Positions 16,901-26,044 are shown, counted from the stretch's first letter. The stretch is 32,000 bases of DNA from Candidatus Helarchaeota ASGARD archaeon Hel_GB_B (GCA_005191425.1 SUPR01000029.1:1-32000), one strand, 5' to 3'. Numbers and translations: made by a program. Notes: a model not told the origin generated them from the letters alone.

Positions 16901-18859
16901 TTACAAATTAATTTTGTTATAAAACATTTTTACAATTCTTCCAACAAGTCCCTCATATTTTTCGATTTTTATAATCCTGTCTTGTATCCAATTACTTAAT
17001 AATTTAAAATATTTTTTATAAAAAAATCTTTCATCTAAAAATATTATTATTCCTTTATCATCAAGTTTTCTGATAGGTCTTCCTGCTGATTGATTTGCTT
17101 TTCTTAAAGCAGGGATATAATACGCATATTCCAGTCCTCGTTCTTCACCAAATAAGTTTTGATAATATTTAATCAATTTTTTTATTGAATACGAAATTTT
17201 TGCAAAAGGTATGCCAACTATGACTACAGTACTCATTTCCTTACCTGGAAAATCTACACCCTCAGAGTTTCTACCACCAGATGCACCAATTAAAAACCCT
17301 CTCATACCCTTGTAAGGTAATTTCTTATATTCAGTGATCATAGCTTCGTTCTCTTTACTATTCATACTTTTAGATTCCATGAAAAATTTGATCCCCAATT
17401 CCTCTATTTTTTCTTTTAGCCCTTGTTCTAAAAGTCCATTAATTACTGAATAAGATGCACAGAAAACCCCTGTATTATATTTTGTGTTTTTAGCTGCTTC
17501 AACACAACAATTCATGATAAACCTATAATTCTCTTCAGTTCGGTCTTCAAATTTTAGAGTGATATCTTGTACTCCTATTATTGAAACATTTTCAAATGGG
17601 AATGGCGATGGTAGTATTCGTTCTTTAGTATTATCAAGGGTCATCCCGCAAATTTCTCGGAATGCTCGTATCGGCGCTAAAGTACCAGAAATTATCACCA
17701 AATTTCTTGCATTAAATAAATCATTTAAAATGGGTCTAACATCAAGTGTTTTAATCACAAACTCAACATTTATTTTATTTTTAACTTTAGATACTCTTAA
17801 AATATGAATATAGTCTGGTCTTAAATAATTTTGATAGATAAATTGTAAAAAATGTGCTGTTTTATATAGGCTAGACCTAGGAAGTTTATTATTTTTAAGC
17901 ATTAATTCTCGAACTTGTACCCCTTTTTCTATTAAATTATTGAAAAAATTCTCAATATTGTCTGTTTTTATTTGAGAGAAAATATTTTTTAATGTACTTT
18001 TTCTAACAGCTATTTCGATAGTTTCACCCTCTTTTGGGTCGTATGCCATCCCAGTAGTTTCAATAAATGATTTAATGTCCTTAAGAAATTGTATTGATGG
18101 GACATCATCGTCTAATAGTAATCCAATTAATTCATCTAAAGCTCTTTTAACTGATCTGGGTGTGATTTGTTGAGTCCCTGCTTCTAATGCCACATCAATT
18201 ATATTATGCCCTTCATCAAATACAATTATGCAATCAGAAATTAATTTATCGATATCTTTGAAAAAAATTTGCCTGATAAATGGGTGAATTAGATAATTGA
18301 ATGTCGTAATAATTACATCAGTCTCTTTCAATAGTCTTTTTGCCAGATAATAAGGACATATATTATATCTTACGCCAATAGCAATTAATTCTTCACTTTT
18401 ACCTGTTTTTAAATTATATTCAAAATTTTGTAAATTGGTGAAATATTTACAACTTCCATTTTTTCGCAATTGGCTACAAAGATCTGTAATCTCCATTATT
18501 GTCCCTCTCCTGACTTCTTCATTAAGACACATCTCGGTTTTCCCTTTTAATGTTAAACCTCTAACCACATAACCTTGATCACTACCTTTTTTGTTTATTT
18601 CCTCTAATTCAGCAATAACCCTATCCATTTGGGTATGCGTCCGAGTAGCATATATCATAGTTAAATTGTTTTGCTTGATAATTGGTATAATAGCAGATAA
18701 AGTTGTTATTGTTTTACCAGAACCATTTGCAGCTTCTATGAGAATGAATTTATGTGGTAATTTTAAATGGTCATATATTTCATTCATTAATAGACCTTGT
18801 CCAGGCCTAAGTGAATTATAGGGAAAAAACTTTCTAATTGAAGAAGGAATTGATATCAT
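16901..18859 (-). CDS. xpd: XPD/Rad3/DinG-family Fe-S DNA helicase
   Basis: AANGSGKT; four Fe-S cysteines (KTEMCLN, DLCSQ, GSCKYF, ICPYY); DEGHN, SGTLAP, SEGVDF and NQSAGRPIR motifs. Confidence 0.92.
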   Translation of the reverse strand: MISIPSSIRKFFPYNSLRPGQGLLMNEIYDHLKLPHKFILIEAANGSGKTITTLSAIIPIIKQNNLTMIYATRTHTQMDRVIAELEEINKKGSDQGYVVRGLTLKGKTEMCLNEEVRRGTIMEITDLCSQLRKNGSCKYFTNLQNFEYNLKTGKSEELIAIGVRYNICPYYLAKRLLKETDVIITTFNYLIHPFIRQIFFKDIDKLISDCIIVFDEGHNIIDVALEAGTQQITPRSVKRALDELIGLLLDDDVPSIQFLKDIKSFIETTGMAYDPKEGETIEIAVRKSTLKNIFSQIKTDNIENFFNNLIEKGVQVRELMLKNNKLPRSSLYKTAHFLQFIYQNYLRPDYIHILRVSKVKNKINVEFVIKTLDVRPILNDLFNARNLVIISGTLAPIRAFREICGMTLDNTKERILPSPFPFENVSIIGVQDITLKFEDRTEENYRFIMNCCVEAAKNTKYNTGVFCASYSVINGLLEQGLKEKIEELGIKFFMESKSMNSKENEAMITEYKKLPYKGMRGFLIGASGGRNSEGVDFPGKEMSTVVIVGIPFAKISYSIKKLIKYYQNLFGEERGLEYAYYIPALRKANQSAGRPIRKLDDKGIIIFLDERFFYKKYFKLLSNWIQDRIIKIEKYEGLVGRIVKMFYNKINL

Positions 18860-19629
18860 TTATTATAAACCCCTTTTTTATAGTTATATAGAAGTTTTCC
18901 AGTTAATAGACTAACAAGTATACCAATTACAATTGAAATTATCATATAATTATAATTTATAAAAAATAAATTTATAAGATTAGAACGAGCAAATCCTGAA
19001 TAATTAGAATTGATTATTGTACAAGTTAATATCGGCTCAGATACTAGATTTTCTCTTATTGAAACTTCATATTTCAACAATATTTTAGAATTTATATCAT
19101 AATAATAGGAAATAATCAGTGCTTGAGTAAAAACTGTTATAATATGTGTATAGACTTGACATAAAATCAACCCGATTTTATTTCCGAAATCAATCACTTC
19201 TAACTGGGATTTCTGAAATAAAACTTCTGATGGGGAAAGATTTGTAGCCAATATTATTTGTGGTTGAAAATCCATTAATATCCACTGCTGATGGTCATTA
19301 TCTTGGTCTTTACCAGTTTCTGGATCTATATAATATGTGCTACTTTTTATATATTCGAAAAAATTTAATCTATAGTTTTCAGTATATGTGACAATTATAA
19401 CCTGACTAGAAATATTAAATTGAACTTCGATATTCGATTGATATTGACCTTTTAAATAGAAGGAATCAGGACTAATCTCTATCAAATTTCCATTAACTAT
19501 ATATGATACATTAAAATTGCCTAAAGTTGCTGAATAAGTTATTTTTGAATAGAAAATTAACATATTAAATAAACCAAAAATAGATAAAAGAATAATAAAA
19601 AAAATACTAGCCCTATTTTTAAAATTCAT
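18856..19629 (-). CDS. Surface protein with N-terminal signal/TM and C-terminal TM, inside the radA-xpd operon
   Basis: Hydrophobic termini (ASIFFIILLSIFGLFNMLIFY; YMIISIVIGILVSLLTGKLLY). Its stop overlaps the xpd ATG by 4 nt; it starts 24 nt after radA. Confidence 0.75.
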   Translation of the reverse strand: MNFKNRASIFFIILLSIFGLFNMLIFYSKITYSATLGNFNVSYIVNGNLIEISPDSFYLKGQYQSNIEVQFNISSQVIIVTYTENYRLNFFEYIKSSTYYIDPETGKDQDNDHQQWILMDFQPQIILATNLSPSEVLFQKSQLEVIDFGNKIGLILCQVYTHIITVFTQALIISYYYDINSKILLKYEVSIRENLVSEPILTCTIINSNYSGFARSNLINLFFINYNYMIISIVIGILVSLLTGKLLYNYKKGVYNK

Positions 19630-19653
19630 CTGCTCTCACAATAATGAAATTTT

Positions 19654-20751
19654 TTACGAGCGTTTTCTTCGTACTATCTTTTTAGTTTGTGGGACTTCTT
19701 TTTCAACTGTATTAATTTGCCTTTCTGTTGATGGATTTTTATTCATTTTGGTATCGGATTGTTTTATTGTATTTATTTTAACAGGTTTTACACCTAAATC
19801 ATAATATCCAGTATCTCGTAATACAAGTACAACTTCACTTTTTGGTAAATCTACGGCTTTTTCAACTTTAAATTTACGTTCTCCTTTTGCTGAACTTTTG
19901 ATTGTAACTTGGATTCTGATTTCCGATTCATGTCCAATTACATTTCCCATTGAATGTTTAATTCCAGCGCCATAGCCCGAAGGGTCGCCTGTTGCTTGAT
20001 TTGTAATTACAGCAACAATGTTATATAATTTAGCAAATTTTTTAATTTCATGAAGTATTTGATTGGCTTTTTGTTGTCGCTCGGGTATTAATTGCCTTTG
20101 TGCACCATATTCTGACCTAAAATGCGTAGCAATTGAGTCAAGTACTACTAATTTAGCACCCGTTAATTCTATTTGCGTTCCTAATTGTTGAGAACACATA
20201 TATCGTAATGCATCAGAATTAGCTGGAACTGCCCGAGAAATTCCTTTAATAACTGCATTACCATCTAGACCAAACCTGGGCGCTATCTCTCTAATTCTTT
20301 TTAATGATAAAGAATTTTCTGCATCAATAAATACAGTACCCCCACCAAGTCCTCCTTTTGATTTTGGCAAAGCAGCAGTACATATCAATTGATGTAGCAT
20401 ATTTGATTTTCCGGTACCCTCAGGACCCCAAAATTCATACAATCTTTGAGTAGACAAACCCCCACCTAATATTTCATCAAAAGTTTTACAGCCGGTCGTT
20501 AATATTTCTCTTTTATTATATTCTTCTAATAATTCGTCTCCTGTCTTAAATTTAAGACCAAGTACCCCATCTGACTGTTCAGCCGCAGATCTAATAATTT
20601 TTTTTGCAACAGCTTCTGTAATTCCATCAATTGCAGCTAATTCACTAGGCCTCGCAGTTGCTATTGATTCTATAGTTCTAAAACCATTATCAATTAGTTT
20701 CTGGGCAGTAGTAGCTCCAATTCCATCCAATCTTTCTAAATCTGAACTCAA
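19654..20751 (-). CDS. radA: RadA/Rad51-family recombinase (divergent, with C-terminal extension)
   Basis: N-terminal HhH domain (LERLDGIGATTAQKL, GFRTIESIATA), TGCKTFDEILGGG, Walker A GPEGTGKS, LP-x-x-x-GGL, IDAE, LDS, FRSEY, ERQQK and TNQ motifs. TTG start with AGGTGA RBS. Confidence 0.9.
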   Translation of the reverse strand: MSSDLERLDGIGATTAQKLIDNGFRTIESIATARPSELAAIDGITEAVAKKIIRSAAEQSDGVLGLKFKTGDELLEEYNKREILTTGCKTFDEILGGGLSTQRLYEFWGPEGTGKSNMLHQLICTAALPKSKGGLGGGTVFIDAENSLSLKRIREIAPRFGLDGNAVIKGISRAVPANSDALRYMCSQQLGTQIELTGAKLVVLDSIATHFRSEYGAQRQLIPERQQKANQILHEIKKFAKLYNIVAVITNQATGDPSGYGAGIKHSMGNVIGHESEIRIQVTIKSSAKGERKFKVEKAVDLPKSEVVLVLRDTGYYDLGVKPVKINTIKQSDTKMNKNPSTERQINTVEKEVPQTKKIVRRKRS

Positions 20752-20803
20752 TTATAAAATCACCTATTTCCTTTGATTAATTTTAAGCGGGTAAAAAAAT
20801 TTG

Positions 20804-20818
20804 TTTTTAAATGTTTCG
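20804..20818 (-). promoter_or_regulatory. BRE-TATA promoter of radA
   Basis: The - strand reads CGAAACA-TTTAAAAA about 55-65 nt upstream of the TTG, a canonical archaeal BRE+TATA arrangement. Confidence 0.55.
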
Positions 20819-21279
20819 ATTAAGTGTTAAACTATATTTACAGACTTGGATAATATTTTCTAATTGAAAAAAGCGAAAAATAAAACTATTTTAAATAGAA
20901 ATCTTCTAAAATTTAATTATAAATTTATATTGCTTTTTTTATATATATTATTCAATAAAATTCTTAAAAAATTCTGAAATCTAAGATACATTAGATCTAT
21001 TTTTTTAAAAAAGTTATAGATTAATTATAAAACTAATTATTTTCTACAAATCTAAAAATTTTTTACAATTAGCCCAAATCTTCTTATCTTATATCCTCTC
21101 ATAATTGATTTTTTTATAAAAGTAAGGTGTGCCTATAAATTTATAACCAAAATTTAATCGGAATTAAATAATCTTTTTAATATTTTATTTGTAGATCAAA
21201 ACTTTTTTCTCAAATTAAATTTTTTATTTCAGAGGTTTTTGGCAAAACTTTATAATATTTCAAATTTAATTTTCAAAAA

Positions 21280-22704
21280 ATGACCTCAAAAACACATGTT
21301 TGTCTAATTCAATGCGATTATCCTAAAGACCATAGTTTTATTATTAAAGATATTATTTTTCCACCATTAGGATTAGAGTATTTAGCTGCAAATATTGGGG
21401 ATTTAGCTGAAATTAAGATTTTTGATAATAGATTTCCCGAATATAACTTAAAAAATCTTAAAAAAGAATTTGAAAATTTTCACCCAGATATTGTAGGGAT
21501 AAGTGTAAATTTCTCCAATCAAATTTATCATGCAAATGCTATAGCTAAAATTGCAAAAGATTTTGGAGCTAAAGTATTAATGGGTGGTTGGCATGCCACT
21601 GCAGTACCTGAGGACACGTTATCATTTCCATGGACTGACCTTGTTATTCGTGGTGAAGGAGAATCTGCTCTGAGAAACCTGATTATAAAAGGTAGTCCTT
21701 CTGACATAAAAGGGATTTCTTATAAAAAAAATGGAAAAATAATTCACAATCCTGACCAAGAATTGTTAGATTTAAATTCATCTAATCCTCCTGCCCGAAA
21801 TTATAGGCCTAAATTCGCTAAAAAATATTATAACTTTTTTGGTGTTCCGGTTGATTCGATGGAAACGAGCAGAGGATGTCCATATAGATGTAAATTTTGT
21901 AATATACATAATTTTTATCACCATAAATATAGAACACGCTCAATTCGTCAAATCATCCAGGATTTAAATCAAATTAATGAATCAGTTAAATTAGTATATA
22001 TTATTGATGACAATTTTACTGCATATAGAAGTCATGTAATCGAAGTATGTAATGCAATAATTAAAAGAAATATAAAAAAAGCATTTATGAGTACTTCACG
22101 CCTAGATCAAGTTGTAAAATACCCGGAAATTTACGAATTAATGGCAAAAGCTGGGTTTATTTTTACTTTTGTAGGAATTGAAAGCTTTTCCAATAAAACC
22201 TTAAAAAGTTTAAACAAACAGCTTGAATTGAAACAAATTAGAAAAGGTATAAAAATTCTGCATGATTTAGGGTTTATTATTGAAGGAAATATTATATTGG
22301 GAGCAAATTATAACGATACAAAAAAGGATTTAGAATCAACATTGGAAATAGCTAAAAGTCTAGACATCGATATACCGACCTTCTCTTTACTTACACCTTA
22401 TCCTATGACAGACCTCTGGGATGAAGTCAATGAAAAAGGGCTTCTTTTATCGGGGATTGACTGGCACAAATTCAACTGGAATAACCCAATTATAAAATAT
22501 CCTCATTTGTCTCCTGAAGATTTGAAATATTATCTAAATAAAGCATATTTCGAGGTCAGACGATTTAAAAATCCATTAAATAAATTTGTTAATATTCTCA
22601 GAGCTAGAGGGCTGTCTTTCTTTATTTCTACTTTTCTAACTCAAGGTGGAATCAAATCTCTAATACATTTTATTAAAAGAATATATCCTGACTTTTTGAA
22701 ATGA
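21280..22704 (+). CDS. Cobalamin-binding radical SAM protein (BchE-like / class B methyltransferase-like)
   Basis: PPLGLEYLAA, PDIVGIS, GGWHAT and RGEGE (B12-binding domain); SRGCPYRCKFC (CxxxCxxC); DDNF, GIES and TPYPMT motifs. Confidence 0.92.
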   Translation: MTSKTHVCLIQCDYPKDHSFIIKDIIFPPLGLEYLAANIGDLAEIKIFDNRFPEYNLKNLKKEFENFHPDIVGISVNFSNQIYHANAIAKIAKDFGAKVLMGGWHATAVPEDTLSFPWTDLVIRGEGESALRNLIIKGSPSDIKGISYKKNGKIIHNPDQELLDLNSSNPPARNYRPKFAKKYYNFFGVPVDSMETSRGCPYRCKFCNIHNFYHHKYRTRSIRQIIQDLNQINESVKLVYIIDDNFTAYRSHVIEVCNAIIKRNIKKAFMSTSRLDQVVKYPEIYELMAKAGFIFTFVGIESFSNKTLKSLNKQLELKQIRKGIKILHDLGFIIEGNIILGANYNDTKKDLESTLEIAKSLDIDIPTFSLLTPYPMTDLWDEVNEKGLLLSGIDWHKFNWNNPIIKYPHLSPEDLKYYLNKAYFEVRRFKNPLNKFVNILRARGLSFFISTFLTQGGIKSLIHFIKRIYPDFLK

Positions 22705-22948
22705 AATTTTATTGTTGTCGAGATTATTTTCTTTTTTCTAAATTATTTTTATGAGCGTATCCGCATAGTAATTAATAAAATTTCTTCTAAATCTTACTAA
22801 TTATTCCATTTTAATTATAATTAAAATTTCTGATCTTCTACTCATGATTTTTTTACATTCCATTATATTTTTAAATGGAATTTTTCACCTTTTAAAATTA
22901 TTATTTAATCATAAATGAAAATATTATCCAAGAAGGACTTGTAAAAAT

Positions 22949-23659
22949 ATGAATGATAATAAAAGAAGGGCATCTTTAAATTTCTTGACACTAAAAAGCG
23001 GACTGGATGGATTGGATAGGCAACTAAGAAATGGTTTTAGCCCAGGAATAATTCACATTTATGGCCCCCCTAATACTGGCAAATCTAATTTTGCAATGCA
23101 ACTTGTATTAAATGCGATTACTACTTATGATTCTGAACCAATTTGGATTGATACAAATAATAATTTTGAATTTAGAAGACTTATCCAAATGACTGGAAAT
23201 AATATAAGAATATTGAGAAATTTCAAATATTTAAATCCTATAAATTACGATGAATTTAAAATTTTGATCGAAAATATCCCAAAAATTATAGATAATAAAA
23301 CAATGGTGCTTGTAATTGATCCCATTACTTATTTCTATAGATTAAATGTGAATTTAAATAATTGGTTCGGCTTAAAACGAGATTTAATTAAAATTCTTGG
23401 AAAATTTATTGGTATCTCTGTTAAAAATCATTTAATAATTATATTAGTCAATCAAATAAAAGGTCATGAAATGAAATTAGAAGCAGTGTGTCAGGATATT
23501 CTAGAATTATATTCAAAATATTCATTACTTTTTGAGAATAAAAATGGCTTAACTATTACTCTTCGTAAATTACGTAATATAAAACTCAATAAGAAATTTA
23601 AGTTTAAAATATCAAACAATGGACTTTCGGATTTTAGCACAAAAATAGGAATTGATTAA
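22949..23659 (+). CDS. radB: RadB-like RecA-family paralogue
   Basis: SGLDGLDRQL, YGPPNTGKSN, WIDTNNNF, VIDPIT and VNQI motifs; no N-terminal HhH domain; 236 aa. The basic patch LRKLR sits where RadB has KHR. Confidence 0.78.
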   Translation: MNDNKRRASLNFLTLKSGLDGLDRQLRNGFSPGIIHIYGPPNTGKSNFAMQLVLNAITTYDSEPIWIDTNNNFEFRRLIQMTGNNIRILRNFKYLNPINYDEFKILIENIPKIIDNKTMVLVIDPITYFYRLNVNLNNWFGLKRDLIKILGKFIGISVKNHLIIILVNQIKGHEMKLEAVCQDILELYSKYSLLFENKNGLTITLRKLRNIKLNKKFKFKISNNGLSDFSTKIGID

Positions 23660-24000
23660 TTTTAGAAAAATAACTATAAAAAACTATAGAATTCTTATTC
23701 TTATTATTAATTTTACATCACTTATTAAGTCAAAAAAGGAAAGTGATTTTTCAATTTTAGATATACAATTAACCATCAAAAAACGAAAATTTTTATTTAG
23801 AAAAATTGAAGCATTATTCCATTATTTAATAGGCTTATTACAATATATGCATTTAAAAGCAATATCATATTCTAATAAAAAGTTCTTTATAACTTAGTTC
23901 CAAATGATTTTATATAAAATTCCTTAATTTCAATCCCCTATCTTAAAAATTAAATAATATTTTTATGATAAAATAGAAAATTCAAATTTTATTATCAATT

Positions 24001-24480
24001 TTAGTAAATATATGGACCTAGATTTACAAAAAGCATTAATCCGGTGTTAATATACAGCCAAAATACAATAACAATAATACCAATCAGATTACTAACTACA
24101 AATATTAGGCGCGGTTTTATATTTTTTCTATTAATATTAAATGCGTATAATGTTATAATTAAAATTAAATAAACGAAAAGCAAAACCGTAATAAAAGAAA
24201 TCAGTACTTGGAGTGTTTGTATTATTATATTATTATATATCGCAATATTTACTATTAAATAAATTCCAAAAGTAGTTTTAATAAAATATACTCCTAATAA
24301 ACTGAGAACTATAAAAACTATAGTAATTAAAAGCCCTTTTTTATTCGAATTTATTTTCGTAGTATACAAGGACAGTTGAATTATCAGTAAAACAATTAAT
24401 CCTACAAAAAAATATGTCGTAAATATATAAATCCACTGAAAAATAATTTCACTAAACCACAATCTATTCACTTTTTTCAA
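24001..24480 (-). CDS. Four-TM integral membrane protein
   Basis: Four long hydrophobic segments with short basic loops; TTG start. Confidence 0.65.
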   Translation of the reverse strand: MKKVNRLWFSEIIFQWIYIFTTYFFVGLIVLLIIQLSLYTTKINSNKKGLLITIVFIVLSLLGVYFIKTTFGIYLIVNIAIYNNIIIQTLQVLISFITVLLFVYLILIITLYAFNINRKNIKPRLIFVVSNLIGIIVIVFWLYINTGLMLFVNLGPYIY

Positions 24481-24590
24481 ATTTTATTATTTATTATCAA
24501 ATTCATTATTCAGTAAGAATTTCTTTATAAATGTTAAAAAACCCATATTTAAGGTCAAAACTTTCAATTAAATGGACTTTTATATCACCC

Positions 24591-24612
24591 ATTTGAATCA
24601 CTCATTGCAAAA
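24591..24612 (-). promoter_or_regulatory. Putative transcription-factor site TTTTGCAATGAGTG-attc-AAAT, copy 3
   Basis: Exact 14-mer at 24599-24612; TTTATAAA at 24531-24524 lies 67 nt downstream on the - strand, upstream of the four-TM gene. Confidence 0.6.
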
Positions 24613-25255
24613 TTTTTATATGTGACTTTAATTGATTAATTACTATGATTAGATTAAATTGGGTTAATTCTGAGAAAATAAGTTAAATAGACTATGAATA
24701 AAAGGTAAATTTCTCAGTTTGGAGATTTTAGACGGATGATATGAAATAATTTATGCATATCTTCAAAACATTGATGAAATACTGGCTGAATTTTACACGA
24801 ATACACGATATAAAATACTTTTAAATCCATTATCTGGAAATTTATTAATTTAGGTCATGATTAACCCAACTTAAATAAAAAATGAACTTAAATTATGAAG
24901 AATTAAGCATAGAAATTGATTAAATTTATATCTGTAAAAGAAATTTTAATGAAATCCAAATAAAAGGGACTGATACTAACCAAAAATAACTATTAGTTAA
25001 TATAATAGAACAAATCGGTTATAAAATACATTAATTTATTTTTTAATATAAAACATCATACATTATTTGGTTTTTAAGTGTTTATAGCCAATTTATTATT
25101 TCTTATTGGTGTTTAGTTCTAAATTATTAATTAAATAAAGTAATTATAAACAAAATTATCTGGGATAGTTTTTTAACCATTAATTATTTATTGTTTCTAA
25201 AAATTTATGACCATATAAACAAATTTAAATAAAAAATAACAATTTCTAAAATTTA

Positions 25256-26044
25256 ATGATAACTATTGGAATAGATGTTGGTTCATTAACTACTAAAGCA
25301 GTAGTATATGATGGTAAAATATTAGGAACATTTATCTCAAGATCGGGTCATCAATTTGAACGAGCTGGGATAGATGTTTTTAATAAGGTTTTGAATATTG
25401 CTGGAGTAAAAAAAGAAGATATTGACTATATATTAAGCACAGGATATGGAAGATATTCATTGCCCTTTACAAATGATAAAGTTACGGAGATTACGGCTCA
25501 TGCTAGGGGTGTTAACTTTTTTTATCCAAATGTACGGACAATAATTGATATTGGTGGGCAGGATAGTAAAGCAATGAGAGTACAAAATGGTCAAGTTAAA
25601 GACTTTATGATGAATGATAAATGTGCTGCTGGAACAGGACGTTTTATTGAAGTTATGGCTAAAGCACTTTCGGTAAACTCTCTAGATGAGATGGGAAAAC
25701 TATCATTACAATCAAAAAATCCGGCTCAAATCTCTTCTATGTGCACGGTTTTTGCCGAATCAGAAGTTATTTCATTATTTGCAGAAAAAAAATATTCTAA
25801 AGTCGATATAATTGCTGGTATTCACAACTCAATTGCTAAAAGAATAGGTGGATTAGTGCGAAGGCTGGGAAAAATTGAAGAAGATGTTGCATTTGTTGGT
25901 GGAGTTGCAAAAAATATTGGCGTTAAAAAAGCATTAGAAAATGAATTAAAAGTAAAAATAGTCTCTCCGGAAGGAGATTACCCCCAATTAACTGGTGCAT
26001 TAGGGGCAGCAATTATTGCTTACGAACGAGCTAACAAAAAATAA
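25256..26044 (+). CDS. Acyl-CoA dehydratase activase (HgdC/BadF/BcrA-D family, ASKHA ATPase with [4Fe-4S])
   Basis: GIDVGSLTTK, TGYGR, EITAHARG, DIGGQDSK, MNDKCAAGTGRF, SSMCTVFAESEVISL, GGVAKN and GALGAA motifs. Confidence 0.95.
   Translation: MITIGIDVGSLTTKAVVYDGKILGTFISRSGHQFERAGIDVFNKVLNIAGVKKEDIDYILSTGYGRYSLPFTNDKVTEITAHARGVNFFYPNVRTIIDIGGQDSKAMRVQNGQVKDFMMNDKCAAGTGRFIEVMAKALSVNSLDEMGKLSLQSKNPAQISSMCTVFAESEVISLFAEKKYSKVDIIAGIHNSIAKRIGGLVRRLGKIEEDVAFVGGVAKNIGVKKALENELKVKIVSPEGDYPQLTGALGAAIIAYERANKK

Noticed and set aside
19654-19700. Nuclear-localisation-like signal at the RadA C-terminus (KKIVRRKRS)
   Set aside because: Basic tails are common nucleic-acid-binding elements and there is no nucleus or importin context; the resemblance alone is not evidence.
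23652-23897. 81-aa ORF after radB
   Set aside because: TTG start, K/I/F-rich low-complexity composition typical of AT-rich non-coding DNA, and no motif; it may be real but cannot be supported.
24719-24853. Short frame with one in-frame TGA (LEILDG*YEIIYAYLQNIDEILAEFY...), considered as a selenoprotein or pseudogene
   Set aside because: Only about 44 codons, no convincing start or RBS, no recognisable family, and no SECIS-like GC-rich hairpin seen.
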